Origin: an uncultured Gammaproteobacteria bacterium
GTDB taxonomy: Bacteria > Pseudomonadota > Gammaproteobacteria > Steroidobacterales > Rariloculaceae
Length of the DNA stretch: 64,000 bases
Assembly: GCA_963817615.1 (NCBI GenBank)
Contig: CAWFPH010000002.1
Span: 1,305,959-1,369,958 of the forward strand
Direction of reading: 5' to 3'
Shown: one piece after another, positions 37,784 to 47,565 of the stretch
How positions within the stretch are numbered: position 1 is the stretch's first letter
Layout of the letters: every line of letters begins with the position of its first letter
Translations under genes and position numbers: made by a program
The notes under the pieces: generated by a model
Databases searched by the model: none
The model's input: only the letters and a program-made list of their open reading frames with translations
Told to the model about the DNA's origin: nothing

Positions 37784-40213
37784 CTAGTCGTGGCGCAGCG
37801 TCACGAGCGCATCGACGCGCAGCGCAGCACGCATCGGCAGCCAGCAGCCGAGCCCGCCCGCGATCGCCAGCACCGCCGCGGCCGCGGCGAGCGTCAACGG
37901 GTCGGCCGGCGATACCTGCACGAGCTGCGCTTCGAGCAAACGATTCACGGCGGCGGCCGCCGCGAGCCCCGCCATGAGGCCGACGCCGAGCGGCACCGCG
38001 CCCTGGCGCAGCACGAGCCGTCGGATATCGCCTGCGGTCGCACCGATCGCGATGCGAATGCCGATCTCCTGCGTGCGACGACTCACGAGGAACGCGACGA
38101 CCGCGTACAGGCCGAGCGCGGCAAGCAGCACCGCGGTCGATGCGAGCACGATGAACGCCGCGCCGGTCACGCCGCGGTACAGATAGGCGTCGGCCATCCC
38201 CTCGGTGAGCGGCATCGGGCCGAGCGCGACGGGCAGTGCCGGGTCGACGTCTTGAACCGCGCGTCTGAACGCCTCGGTGAGCGCGGCGGGCGGCACGGCC
38301 GTGCGGGCCATGACCCAGAGGTCCGTGCCGGGCCGCTGCCGATAGGGGAGATAGACGATCGGCTCCGGCCCGTCGCCGACCGTGCGGCTTTGACGGATGT
38401 TCGGCGCGACGCCGACGACGGTGAGCCAGGCGCCCGGCGCTCCTTGCCGCACGAGCCGCAGCCTTTTCCCGACCGCGCTTTGTCCGGGCCATTGCTCCGC
38501 GGCGAAGCGCTCGTTGACGATTGCGGTCGCAGCGCTTCGCGCGTCGTCCGAATCTCGGAATTCCCGGCCGCGCGACAGCGTGCGGCCGAGCGTGCGGAAA
38601 TAGTCGGGTCCGGCGATCACGGCCGCGGCGACCGGGAGCGTCTCGCTCGGCGCGGCGACCTGGCCCGAGATCTCGAACGGCAAATGCGCCGAGCCTTGGC
38701 CGGGGACGGTGTCGGCGAGGGCGACCGCTTCCACGCCGGGCAGTCCCTCGACGCGGGCGGTGAGCCGGTCATAGAACGAGATCCGCGCCTCCGGGCTCGA
38801 GTGCCGCGCAGCCGGCAACGCGATGAGGCCCGTGAGGATGCGGTCTGCTTGGAGGCCCGAGTCGGCTCGGTAGACGTTCAGGAAGCTGCGCGTCGTGACA
38901 CCGGCGCCGGCGAGCAGCACGATCGCGAGCGCCATCTCGGTTGCAACGAGCACCGTGAAGAAGCCGCTGCGCGGGCCGCCGACGGGCCCGCCTTGCTTCA
39001 GCGCCGTATGGGGATCGAGGCGTGCGAGGCCGATGCCGGGGGCGAGGCCGAACACGAGTCCGGCACCGATCGACATCGCGACGAGGTACGCGATCACGCG
39101 ATAGTCCATCGAGTAGTCGAGCACGCGGTCGAACCAACCGCCGGGCGTTGCGTCGGAGATCACCGAGCCGCTCGCGAATCGTGCGTAGATGCCGACGCCC
39201 CAGGCGCCGAGCACACCGCCGAGGGCGCCGCCGAGCAACGACAACGTGAGGCTCTCGGCTAGCAGCTGCCGCACGATTCGCCAGCGGCCCGCGCCGAGCG
39301 CAATGCGCAGCGACATTTCGCGCGATCGCGCGGCTGCGCGCGCGAGCATCAGGCTCGCGAGGTTCGCGCACGCGATCAGCAGCACGAAGCCGACGCCGCC
39401 CCACGCGAGCTCGTAGACTCGAGTTGCGTTCGGTCCGATGAAGAACTCGTCGAAGTCGACGACGCGCGGTACCGAGTTTGCGCCGCCGTTCGTGCGCGGG
39501 TGCTCCGCGGCAAGCCTGTGGCCGACGGTCGCCATTTCCGCGCGCGCCGCCGCGAGCGTCACGCCCGGCTTCAAGCGGCCGAACACGAACCAGGTGTCGC
39601 GGTTGTCGCGCCGCAGCACGTCGGGCGTCGGCACGAACGCCGTCCACAGATCCTGGTTCTGAGGGAACGAGAATCCGTCGGGCATCACGCCGATGATGGT
39701 CGTCGGGATCCCGTTGATCTCGACCACGCGCCCGATCACGGCCGGATCGCCGCCGTAGCGCCGCTGCCACAGGCCGTAGCGCAGGATCGCCGTGCGCGCC
39801 GCGCTCGGCGCGTCGTCGGCGGCGTCGAAGTCGCGTCCGACGACGGGTGCGACGCCCGCGAGCTTGAACGTTCCGGAGCTCACTTCCGTCGCTGTGTACG
39901 TTTCCGGAAAGCCCGCGCCGTCCCGCAGCGTGACGCGGAACCCGTGCACGATCGCCATGTCCTCGAACGACTTCGCCGCCGCGCGCCAGTCCGCGAAATC
40001 CGGATACGAGACGCAGCAGTTGATCCCCGTCGTGAGATAAGCGATGCGGCGGTTGTCCTTGACGAGCGGAAACGCTTTGAACAGCGTCCCGTTCGTCACC
40101 GTGAACACGACCGCGTTGATGCCGATGCCGAGCGCGAGCATTGCGATCGCACTCAGCGCAAAGCGGGGGCTCTTGCCGAGACGGCGGAGCGCGATGCGCA
40201 CGTCGTTGAACAT
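37784..40213 (-). CDS. duplicated MacB/FtsX-type ABC permease (ADOP-like)
   Basis: DVRIALRRL...LALGIGIN, SYPDFADWR, VLLIACANLA, RIALGAGRWRIVRQLLAESL, RRTQEIGIRIAIGA, terminal LRHD. Confidence 0.9.
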   Translation of the reverse strand: MFNDVRIALRRLGKSPRFALSAIAMLALGIGINAVVFTVTNGTLFKAFPLVKDNRRIAYLTTGINCCVSYPDFADWRAAAKSFEDMAIVHGFRVTLRDGAGFPETYTATEVSSGTFKLAGVAPVVGRDFDAADDAPSAARTAILRYGLWQRRYGGDPAVIGRVVEINGIPTTIIGVMPDGFSFPQNQDLWTAFVPTPDVLRRDNRDTWFVFGRLKPGVTLAAARAEMATVGHRLAAEHPRTNGGANSVPRVVDFDEFFIGPNATRVYELAWGGVGFVLLIACANLASLMLARAAARSREMSLRIALGAGRWRIVRQLLAESLTLSLLGGALGGVLGAWGVGIYARFASGSVISDATPGGWFDRVLDYSMDYRVIAYLVAMSIGAGLVFGLAPGIGLARLDPHTALKQGGPVGGPRSGFFTVLVATEMALAIVLLAGAGVTTRSFLNVYRADSGLQADRILTGLIALPAARHSSPEARISFYDRLTARVEGLPGVEAVALADTVPGQGSAHLPFEISGQVAAPSETLPVAAAVIAGPDYFRTLGRTLSRGREFRDSDDARSAATAIVNERFAAEQWPGQSAVGKRLRLVRQGAPGAWLTVVGVAPNIRQSRTVGDGPEPIVYLPYRQRPGTDLWVMARTAVPPAALTEAFRRAVQDVDPALPVALGPMPLTEGMADAYLYRGVTGAAFIVLASTAVLLAALGLYAVVAFLVSRRTQEIGIRIAIGATAGDIRRLVLRQGAVPLGVGLMAGLAAAAAVNRLLEAQLVQVSPADPLTLAAAAAVLAIAGGLGCWLPMRAALRVDALVTLRHD

Positions 40214-40231
40214 CGTAGCCCGAGTCGGGGC

Positions 40232-40256
40232 CGCGGGGACCGTTGCGGTCCCCGCG
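40232..40256. repeat. GC-rich inverted repeat between the hydrolase and permease genes
   Basis: CGCGGGGACCG-ttg-CGGTCCCCGCG perfect 11-bp stem, no U tract. Confidence 0.5.
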
Positions 40257-40269
40257 CCCGGGGAGGGAG

Positions 40270-41115
40270 CTAGGCGAGCGCCTTGCCGAACAGCGCGAGC
40301 ATGCGGCTCCACGCCTTCTCGGCCTGATCGTGGTCGTAGACCTGGGTGTCGGGCGGGCACCAGCCGTGTGCGGCCGGATAGACCTCGACCTCGGCCGGCA
40401 GCTTCGCCTTCGCGAACGAGTCTTTCAGCACGTTCTTCGCGTCCGGCTCGCGCATGTCGTCGTTCTCGGCGATCGCGCACAAGAACTGCGCCTTCATCTT
40501 AGGGATCAGCAAATGCGGGCTGTCCGGGTTCTTCGTGACGAGGCCGCCGCCGTGGAAGGTGCAGGCCGCGCCGACGCGGTTCGGCACCGTGGCCGCCGTG
40601 CGCATCACCATCGGTCCGCCCATGCAGTAGCCGATCGTGCCCATCTTCTTGTTCTTGGCGACTTCGGGCCGCGAGTCGAGCCACGCGGTGAATGCTTTCG
40701 CGTCCGTGACCTGAACGTCGGGCGTCAACGACTGCGCGAGCGGCAGCACCTCCGGAATCGGGGTCTTCGCGCCGTTCGAGGCAGTCGGCGCTTTCATCTT
40801 GCGGTAAAAGGGGTTGATCACGAGCACGCTGTAGCCGGATTCCGCGAGCCGCTTGCCCATTTGGCGGAACGCGGGGCGTAGGCCGAAGATATCCGGCCAC
40901 ACGAGCACCGCGGGATGCGCGCCGCTCTCGGGCGAGACGAAGTACGCGTCGCACTCGCCGTCGGGTGTCTTGACGGTCACGTCGCCGTCTTTCGTGTCGA
41001 GCGCGTTCGCCGCGCGCGGCAGCATCATCACGACGCCGACCGCAGCCGCGAGCGTGCCCACGTCGCGGCGGCTGTACTTCTTCAGGTCTTCTTCAAAGTG
41101 GTCTTGATCGCACAT
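40270..41115 (-). CDS. dienelactone hydrolase family protein with Tat-like leader
   Basis: GAGGGAGG RBS. MCDQDH...SRRDVG leader, WPDIFGLRP, GYCMGG nucleophile elbow, AENDD, AHGWC. Confidence 0.9.
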   Translation of the reverse strand: MCDQDHFEEDLKKYSRRDVGTLAAAVGVVMMLPRAANALDTKDGDVTVKTPDGECDAYFVSPESGAHPAVLVWPDIFGLRPAFRQMGKRLAESGYSVLVINPFYRKMKAPTASNGAKTPIPEVLPLAQSLTPDVQVTDAKAFTAWLDSRPEVAKNKKMGTIGYCMGGPMVMRTAATVPNRVGAACTFHGGGLVTKNPDSPHLLIPKMKAQFLCAIAENDDMREPDAKNVLKDSFAKAKLPAEVEVYPAAHGWCPPDTQVYDHDQAEKAWSRMLALFGKALA

Positions 41116-41348
41116 GAGCGTGCCTCCCTCCGGTTCTTGATTGTGGGACGCCGTTCGTCGGGGCGTCTGGCCGCGAATATACCGCTTCCGCGAGGCCGTG
41201 TGCCGCTCGATCGGCTCGCTGCCGAGCCGGAGCAGTCGAGCGGCGGATTGGGAAACCGCCCGTTCGGGCCATCGGAGGCCGCGGATTCGAAGCGTTTCGC
41301 CTAAGATGAACGGACACTGGGCTCGAGCCATTCGAGCGGGGAGGGGCT

Positions 41349-42866
41349 ATGCGCAACCGGCGAGCGAGTCGTGTTTTTTGGGTGCGAGTCCTCTCGAGCG
41401 CCGCGGCGCCGCTCGCTGTGTCGGTCGGCCTCGGCCAAGCCGTTGCCGATTCGCCGCCCGGCACGTATGCGGCCGTCGTCGACATGCGGCTCGTCGGCCG
41501 CGACGATCTGCAGGGCCGCTCCGCCTACCAGCCCGTGATCCATGCCTACGGCGAACGCCGCATCCTGTTCGTGGGTCATCACGCGGGCAAGGCACTGAAT
41601 CCGCTGACGGGCAACGTCGAGGTCAACGGTCTGTCGATCGTGGACGTGACCGATCCGAAGGCGCCGCGCTACCTCGTGCATGTCCCGCCGACCGGCTCCG
41701 AAGCGAGCGGCACGCAGCACGTGCAGGTCTGCGACGGCCGGGCGCTGCCCAATGCGGATCGCAGCAAGGTCTACGCGATCAGGACGAACGGCCTGCTGAG
41801 CTACGAGGTGCTCGACGTCACGGACCCGTCGCGCCCGAAGGTCCTGACGACGATCGCCGAAACAGGGCGCTCGTCGCGCCCCGATTCGGAGCGCGGCGAC
41901 CGCGAAACGCACAAGTTTCAGTGGGACTGCGCGACCGGCATCGCCTACCTGAACGGCACGGCCGCGGGCTGGCGCGTCACGCGCGTGCTGCAAGCGTTCG
42001 ACCTCGGCAACCCCGAAAAGCCGAGGCACATCCGCGATTTCGCTCTCGCGGGCTACGAGCCGACGGCGCAGGGGCCATTCCCCAAACGCGAGATCGCGGG
42101 ATTGCACCAGCCTTTCGTCGTCGGCAATCGCATGTACTTGGGCTACAACAGCGGCGGCGACGGCGTGCTGCAGATCTTGGACACGCAGAGGTTCCTGCGC
42201 GGCGACCCGAGTGCGGAGGATCCGTTTGCGCCGACGCCTGCGAACCTCGCCTATCCCGAGATCGCGCGACTCGACTTTCCGAGCTACTGGGGCGTGCATA
42301 CGGCGAAGCCGATCTACGGCGTGCCGATCCCGGACTACGCCGACGACCGCGACGCGCGCTCACGCGATTTGTTGATCGTATCGTCCGAGTCGGAAACGTT
42401 CCGCTGCCAGACCGCGCGCGACGTGCTGTTCATCCTCGACATCACCGAGGAGCGCACGCCGATTCCGATCTCGACGTTCCAAGTGCCCGAGGAGCCCGGC
42501 GACTTCTGCCACCGGGGCGGCCGCTTCGGGCCGCACTCGATGGCCGACGCCTACAACCCCGACTTCGACAAGAAGCTCGTCGTGCTCGCGTACTTCAACG
42601 CGGGCATACGCGTCGTCGACATCCGCAATCCGTTCCAGCCGAAAGAGGTTGCGCGTTTCATTCCGCAGGTCACCGACAAGACCACCGAGTCGTGCATCAC
42701 GATCGACGGCGCGAAGCATTGCGACAAGGTGATCCAGACGAACAACGTGAACGTCGACGACCGCGGCTATATCTATGCGCTCGACCGCGCGTCGACGGGT
42801 CTGCACATCGTGGAGCTCACGGGCGCCGCACGCGCAATCGCGGGGCTGCCCGCGCTCGAGCGGTAG
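41349..42866 (+). CDS. secreted LVIVD-repeat beta-propeller protein
   Basis: DLQGRSAYQP, GLSIVDVTDP, YEVLDVTDP, GVLQILD, LFILDIT, GGRFGPH, YFNAGIRVVDIRNP, GLHIVEL. Confidence 0.82.
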   Translation: MRNRRASRVFWVRVLSSAAAPLAVSVGLGQAVADSPPGTYAAVVDMRLVGRDDLQGRSAYQPVIHAYGERRILFVGHHAGKALNPLTGNVEVNGLSIVDVTDPKAPRYLVHVPPTGSEASGTQHVQVCDGRALPNADRSKVYAIRTNGLLSYEVLDVTDPSRPKVLTTIAETGRSSRPDSERGDRETHKFQWDCATGIAYLNGTAAGWRVTRVLQAFDLGNPEKPRHIRDFALAGYEPTAQGPFPKREIAGLHQPFVVGNRMYLGYNSGGDGVLQILDTQRFLRGDPSAEDPFAPTPANLAYPEIARLDFPSYWGVHTAKPIYGVPIPDYADDRDARSRDLLIVSSESETFRCQTARDVLFILDITEERTPIPISTFQVPEEPGDFCHRGGRFGPHSMADAYNPDFDKKLVVLAYFNAGIRVVDIRNPFQPKEVARFIPQVTDKTTESCITIDGAKHCDKVIQTNNVNVDDRGYIYALDRASTGLHIVELTGAARAIAGLPALER

Positions 42867-43002
42867 CGATTCCTCGCCGCCGGCGGGTCGCGGCTCGTCG
42901 CTCGCGCCGTAGGCGCGGCCGAAACCGGCCCCGCTTCTCTCACCCGCGTCATCGACGCGCGCTAAACTCGCCCGTCATTCGATTTTTCCGTATCGCTGAT
43001 CC

Positions 43003-43821
43003 ATGCATTCGCGGCAGCGGCTCGTCGAGGATCTCCGCACGCTCGGCGTTCGGCCCGGCGACGTGGTCATGGCGCATGCATCGGTGCGTGCGGTCGGCGA
43101 AGTGGCCGGCGGGCCGGATGAGATTCATCTCGCGCTCAGCGACGCCGTCGGACCGAGCGGCACGCTGCTCATGTACGCCGGCTGTCCGCGCTACGTCGAC
43201 GAGGTCGGACGCGGCAATCTCGGCGCGGAGGAAGAAGCCGAGGTGCTCGAGAAGCTTCCGCCGTTCGACGCACGAACGGCTCGGTCGGCGCGCGATCATG
43301 GAATCCTCGTCGAGTTCTTCCGCACGTCGGCCGGGACGCGCGTGAATTCGCATCCGGCTCGCTTCGTCGCCCGCGGGCCGCATACGAACGAATTGTTCGC
43401 GACGCAGCCCTGGAACTACCCGTATGGGCCGGGCTCGCCGCTCGAGCGGTTCGCCGCGGTCGACGGCAGAATTCTGCTACTGGGCTCGGATCGTGACGCG
43501 GTGACTTTTCTGCACCACGTCGAGCACGTCGCCGACATTCCGAACCGGCGCATCGCGAGGTTCAAGGTGCCGGTGCTCGAGCACGGCGTGCGCGTGTGGC
43601 GCGACACGGAGGAGTACGACACGTCGGGCGCCGGCGCGCACGAGAATTGGCCCGATCGGTTCTTCGCGAAAATCGTCGACGCGTATCTCGCACGCACGAG
43701 CAACGCGGGCGGCACGGTCGGCAACGCGGCGAGCGTTCTTTTTTCGGCGCGAGGCCTGCTCGCGTTCGCGCGACCGGTGATGGAGCGCGTTGCCCGCGAG
43801 GGCGCCGCCGCGGGCCCGTAG
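43003..43821 (+). CDS. aminoglycoside 3-N-acetyltransferase (AAC(3)/YokD) family protein
   Basis: DLRTLGVRPGDVVMAHASVRAVG, GTLLM, PFD, GILVEFFRT, SHP, YGPGSPL, ILLLG, TFLHHVEH, YDT. Confidence 0.9.
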   Translation: MHSRQRLVEDLRTLGVRPGDVVMAHASVRAVGEVAGGPDEIHLALSDAVGPSGTLLMYAGCPRYVDEVGRGNLGAEEEAEVLEKLPPFDARTARSARDHGILVEFFRTSAGTRVNSHPARFVARGPHTNELFATQPWNYPYGPGSPLERFAAVDGRILLLGSDRDAVTFLHHVEHVADIPNRRIARFKVPVLEHGVRVWRDTEEYDTSGAGAHENWPDRFFAKIVDAYLARTSNAGGTVGNAASVLFSARGLLAFARPVMERVAREGAAAGP

Positions 43822-43840
43822 AGCGTGACGTCGGCCCGGC

Positions 43841-44638
43841 TCAGCGCTTCTGGCAACGCGGGCAATAGTACGCGCTGCGGCCGGGAAAACGCAGCACGTC
43901 GATCGGCCCGCCGCAGCGCGGGCAATGCGCGCCTTTGTCGCGATGCGGCAGAAACCAGCTCTTCGGCAGCCGGTCGATGAACGCGTCGTCGCCGGCACCG
44001 CGCGCGATCGCCTGCCGCAGCGTGCTGCGCATGGTCCGATAAAGCTTGCCGATGCGCGCCGCATCGAGGCGCGCGACCGCTGCCTTCGGGTGGATCCGCG
44101 CCCGGAACAGAATTTCGTCGGAGAAGAGGTTGCCGATGCCCGCGATCAGCGACTGATCCATGAGCGCGGCCTTGATGGTGCCCTTGCGGCCGGCGAGGAG
44201 CGCGCGAAAGCGCGCCAGCGTGAGCACGCCGTCGAGCGCGTCCGGCCCGAGCTTCTCCGCAGCGATGAACGACTCCGCGTCCTGCGCGGTTCCCGCCTTA
44301 CCGAAGCGCCGCGGATCGATGAGGCCGAGGTGCGTGCCATTCGCGAAGTCGAAGCGCAATCGATCGTGAGGCGGCCCGTCGCCCTTGAAGTACGCAAGCG
44401 ACCCGGTCATGCCGAAATGCAGCGTGACCCATCCGCCGTCATCGAGCCGTGCGAGCAAGTGCTTGCCGTGGCGGCGAACTTCGACGAAGCACCGGCCGGT
44501 CACGCGCCGGCGGAGCCGGGCCGGCGGGAGCTTGCGCAGCACGCGTTTGTCGGAAACGCCGACGTTCTCGATCACCTGTCCGAGCGCGTGCTCGCGGAAG
44601 TAGCGGCCATAGTTCTCGACATCGGGCAGCTCTGGCAT
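43841..44638 (-). CDS. Fpg/Nei family DNA glycosylase/AP lyase
   Basis: MPELPDVE, RHGKHL, HFGMTG, DPRRFG, LGPDAL, LMDQ-x-x-IAGIGN, CPRC...CPRCQ zinc finger. Confidence 0.93.
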   Translation of the reverse strand: MPELPDVENYGRYFREHALGQVIENVGVSDKRVLRKLPPARLRRRVTGRCFVEVRRHGKHLLARLDDGGWVTLHFGMTGSLAYFKGDGPPHDRLRFDFANGTHLGLIDPRRFGKAGTAQDAESFIAAEKLGPDALDGVLTLARFRALLAGRKGTIKAALMDQSLIAGIGNLFSDEILFRARIHPKAAVARLDAARIGKLYRTMRSTLRQAIARGAGDDAFIDRLPKSWFLPHRDKGAHCPRCGGPIDVLRFPGRSAYYCPRCQKR

Positions 44639-44847
44639 GCGCGGTTCTCCGCCGCTGTGACGGGTCGAAGGTCGGGGCGATCATGCCACGGCGGGCAGCG
44701 CGTCACACCGCGGTGCGCACTGCCGGCGTGGGCGCCGGGCGCGCAATCGCGCTACTCTCTAAACGGACCGGCGCGGCTGCGCTCCCAACGCAGCCTTGCT
44801 CTCGCGGGGCTCGGTCCCGCGGCATCGAACACGAACCGGGGAAGACG

Positions 44848-46905
44848 ATGAAAAAGCTGCTCGCGATCGCCTGCGTCCTGCTGTCCTTCGCCTACACGGC
44901 CGCGGCCGACGAAGGCATGTGGACCTTCGACAACTTCCCCGCGGCGGCGGTCAAGAGCAAGTACGGCGTCACCATCGACCAGGCGTGGCTCGACCGCGTC
45001 CGCGGCGCGGCCGTGCGGCTCTCCTCCGGGTGCTCCGCGTCGCTCGTGACGGCCGATGGTCTCGTGCTCACCAATCACCACTGCGTGCGCGATTGCGCGC
45101 AAAGCCTTTCGACCCCGACGGACGACTACGTGAAGGACGGCTTCGCCGCCGCGCGGCGCGACGACGAGCGGCTGTGTCCGGGCATGCAGGCGGAGATCCT
45201 CACGGCCATCGGCGACGTGACCGATCGCGTCAACACGGCCGCGGCCGGCAAGGCGGGCGGCGACTACGTCAAGGCGCGCGACGCGGCGATCGCCGCGCTC
45301 GAGAAGGAAGGCTGCGCGGGACGCGAGTCGCAGTTCCGCTGTCAGGTCGTCACGCTGTATCAGGGCGGACGCTACGCCCTCTATACGTACCGCAAATACT
45401 CGGACGTGCGGCTCGTGCTCGCGCCCGAGCTCACCACGGCGTTCTTCGGCGGCGACCCCGACAACTTCAACTTTCCGCGCTACGACCTCGACTTCTCGTT
45501 CGTGCGGCTCTACGAGAACGATCGGCCGATCGCGTCGCGCGACCATCTGCGTTGGAGCGCCGCTCCGCCGAAAGAAGGCGAGCTCGTATTCGTAGTCGGC
45601 AATCCCGGCTCGACGCAGCGGCTGCTCACGGCCGATCAGCTCGAAACCGTGCGCGATCTGAGCCTCCCTGAAACGCTGATCATGCTGTCGGAGCTGCGCG
45701 GCCGGCTGATCCGCTTCAGCGAGGAGAGCGCCGAGCACGCGCGGATCGCCGACGACACGCTGTTCGGCACCGAGAACACGCTCAAGCTGTATCGCGGCGA
45801 GTGGAAGGCGTTGGTCGAGCCCGGCTTCGTCGCCGCAAAGCGCCGTGCCGACGAGAAGCTCAAAGCCGCCGTCGACGCGGATCCGAAGCTCGCGGCGGCG
45901 ACGGGCGATCCGTGGGGCGAGATCGCGGCCGCGCAGCGCGATCGCAGGGCGCTGTACATGAGCGAGACCTACCTCGAGTCGTTCGCCGGACGGTCGAGCC
46001 TCTTCGGCTATGCGCGTGCGCTCGTGCGTGCGGCCGAGGAGCGAGCGAAACCGAACGGCGAGCGGCTGCCCGAGTACACGGACAGCCGGCTGCCGCTGCT
46101 CGAGAAGCGCTTGCTCGACGCGCGGCCGGTCTATCCCGAGCTCGAGCAGCTCGAGCTCGAGTTCTGGCTCTCGAAGCTGCGCGAGAATCTCACGGCCGAT
46201 GCGCCGGCCACCCGGCTGTTCCTCGGCAAGGAGTCGCCCGAGGGTCTCGCGGCGAGGCTCGCGAAGTCCAAGCTCGGCGACGCGGCGTACCGCAAGACGC
46301 TCTGGGACGGCGGCGAGGCCGCCGTCAAAGCGTCGGACGACCCGCTGATCGAGTTCGTGCTGGCCACCGACGCCGCGTCGCGCGCCGTGCGCAAGGACTA
46401 CGAAGCGCGGGTCGAGGGTCCGACGGATCGCGCACTCGAGCGGATCGCGCGTGCGCGGTTCGCGGTCTACGGCACGAGCGTGTACCCGGATGCGACGTTC
46501 ACGCTGCGAATTTCCTACGGCAAGGTTGCCGGCTGGACCGACAACGGCGTGACGGTCGCGCCGTTCACCTACTTTCGCGGATTGTGGGCGCGGGCCACGG
46601 GCCAGCCGCCGTTTGCGCTCGCGCCGAAGTGGGTTGCCGCGCAAGGCGTCGTCGACGACGGCACCGTCTTCGATCTCGTGAGCGACAACGACATCATCGG
46701 CGGCAACTCGGGCTCGCCGCTGATCGACGCGCAGCAGCGGGTCGTCGGCGCGGTCTTCGACGGCAACATCGAAAGCCTCGGCGGCACGTTCGGTTTCGAC
46801 GCCACCGTGAATCGCGCGGTCTCGGTCTCGACCGCGGCGATCACGGAGGCGTTGCGCAAGGTCTATCGTGAGGATGCGCTCGTGAAGGAGCTGCTCGCGC
46901 CGTAG
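44848..46905 (+). CDS. S46 family dipeptidyl peptidase (DPP7/DPP11-like)
   Basis: Signal peptide, ADEGMW, GCSAS, TNHHC, FGGDPDNF, GNPGST, YPDATFTLR, DIIGGNSGSP, FDGN. Confidence 0.94.
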   Translation: MKKLLAIACVLLSFAYTAAADEGMWTFDNFPAAAVKSKYGVTIDQAWLDRVRGAAVRLSSGCSASLVTADGLVLTNHHCVRDCAQSLSTPTDDYVKDGFAAARRDDERLCPGMQAEILTAIGDVTDRVNTAAAGKAGGDYVKARDAAIAALEKEGCAGRESQFRCQVVTLYQGGRYALYTYRKYSDVRLVLAPELTTAFFGGDPDNFNFPRYDLDFSFVRLYENDRPIASRDHLRWSAAPPKEGELVFVVGNPGSTQRLLTADQLETVRDLSLPETLIMLSELRGRLIRFSEESAEHARIADDTLFGTENTLKLYRGEWKALVEPGFVAAKRRADEKLKAAVDADPKLAAATGDPWGEIAAAQRDRRALYMSETYLESFAGRSSLFGYARALVRAAEERAKPNGERLPEYTDSRLPLLEKRLLDARPVYPELEQLELEFWLSKLRENLTADAPATRLFLGKESPEGLAARLAKSKLGDAAYRKTLWDGGEAAVKASDDPLIEFVLATDAASRAVRKDYEARVEGPTDRALERIARARFAVYGTSVYPDATFTLRISYGKVAGWTDNGVTVAPFTYFRGLWARATGQPPFALAPKWVAAQGVVDDGTVFDLVSDNDIIGGNSGSPLIDAQQRVVGAVFDGNIESLGGTFGFDATVNRAVSVSTAAITEALRKVYREDALVKELLAP

Positions 46906-46943
46906 GGCCGCGCGGACGCACGGCGCAAGCGCGGAGGTTCGCC

Positions 46944-47534
46944 ATGTCGACACGCATCGATCGGGTCCGTGCCGCCGCAGCGGCGAGACGCACGCTGACG
47001 GCTCGCGTTTCGTTGCCGCTTCTGCTCGCGGCTCTTTTCGTGACCGCCTCGGCCCGGGCGCAATCGAATACGACCAGCACGGCGACGGTCTCGAGCGGCG
47101 GCCTCTGCATACCGAGCGGGCGCGTGAAGCCGACCTGCGACAAGCCGGAGAGAGTCGTCGTTCGCACGACGGATCAGCATACGATCACGGTCTCGCTGCC
47201 GCCGCCCGAGAGCGCCGCCTGCAACGCAACGCTCGAGATCGAATACGCGCAGTGGGGCGCGGTCGCGAAGGTCGAGGGCACCATCGAGACCCCGGACTGC
47301 GCAGCGTGCAGCGGCGACTATACGATCGCGGTCCGTGTTCGGAGCGAGAGCGGCGAGGTGAAGACGCTTCAATTCCACGAATCATGGGCCCGCACGGACG
47401 ACCGACCGCTGAAGTTCACGTCGGAGTATCCGATCGGTGCGAACGTCGACCTGCTCGGTGCGCGAGCGAGCCGCGTGCGTTGCGTCTGTGCCGATGCACC
47501 GAGCGGAGCCGGAGCCCCGGCCGGTCGCGACTAG
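46944..47534 (+). CDS. Cys-rich secreted protein, unknown function
   Basis: GGAGG RBS, signal peptide (ARA/Q), 7 Cys including CAAC and CVC, beta-rich. Confidence 0.62.
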   Translation: MSTRIDRVRAAAAARRTLTARVSLPLLLAALFVTASARAQSNTTSTATVSSGGLCIPSGRVKPTCDKPERVVVRTTDQHTITVSLPPPESAACNATLEIEYAQWGAVAKVEGTIETPDCAACSGDYTIAVRVRSESGEVKTLQFHESWARTDDRPLKFTSEYPIGANVDLLGARASRVRCVCADAPSGAGAPAGRD

Positions 47535-47565
47535 CAGCGGCTTCTGCGCGAGCCGCGTGCGGTCT

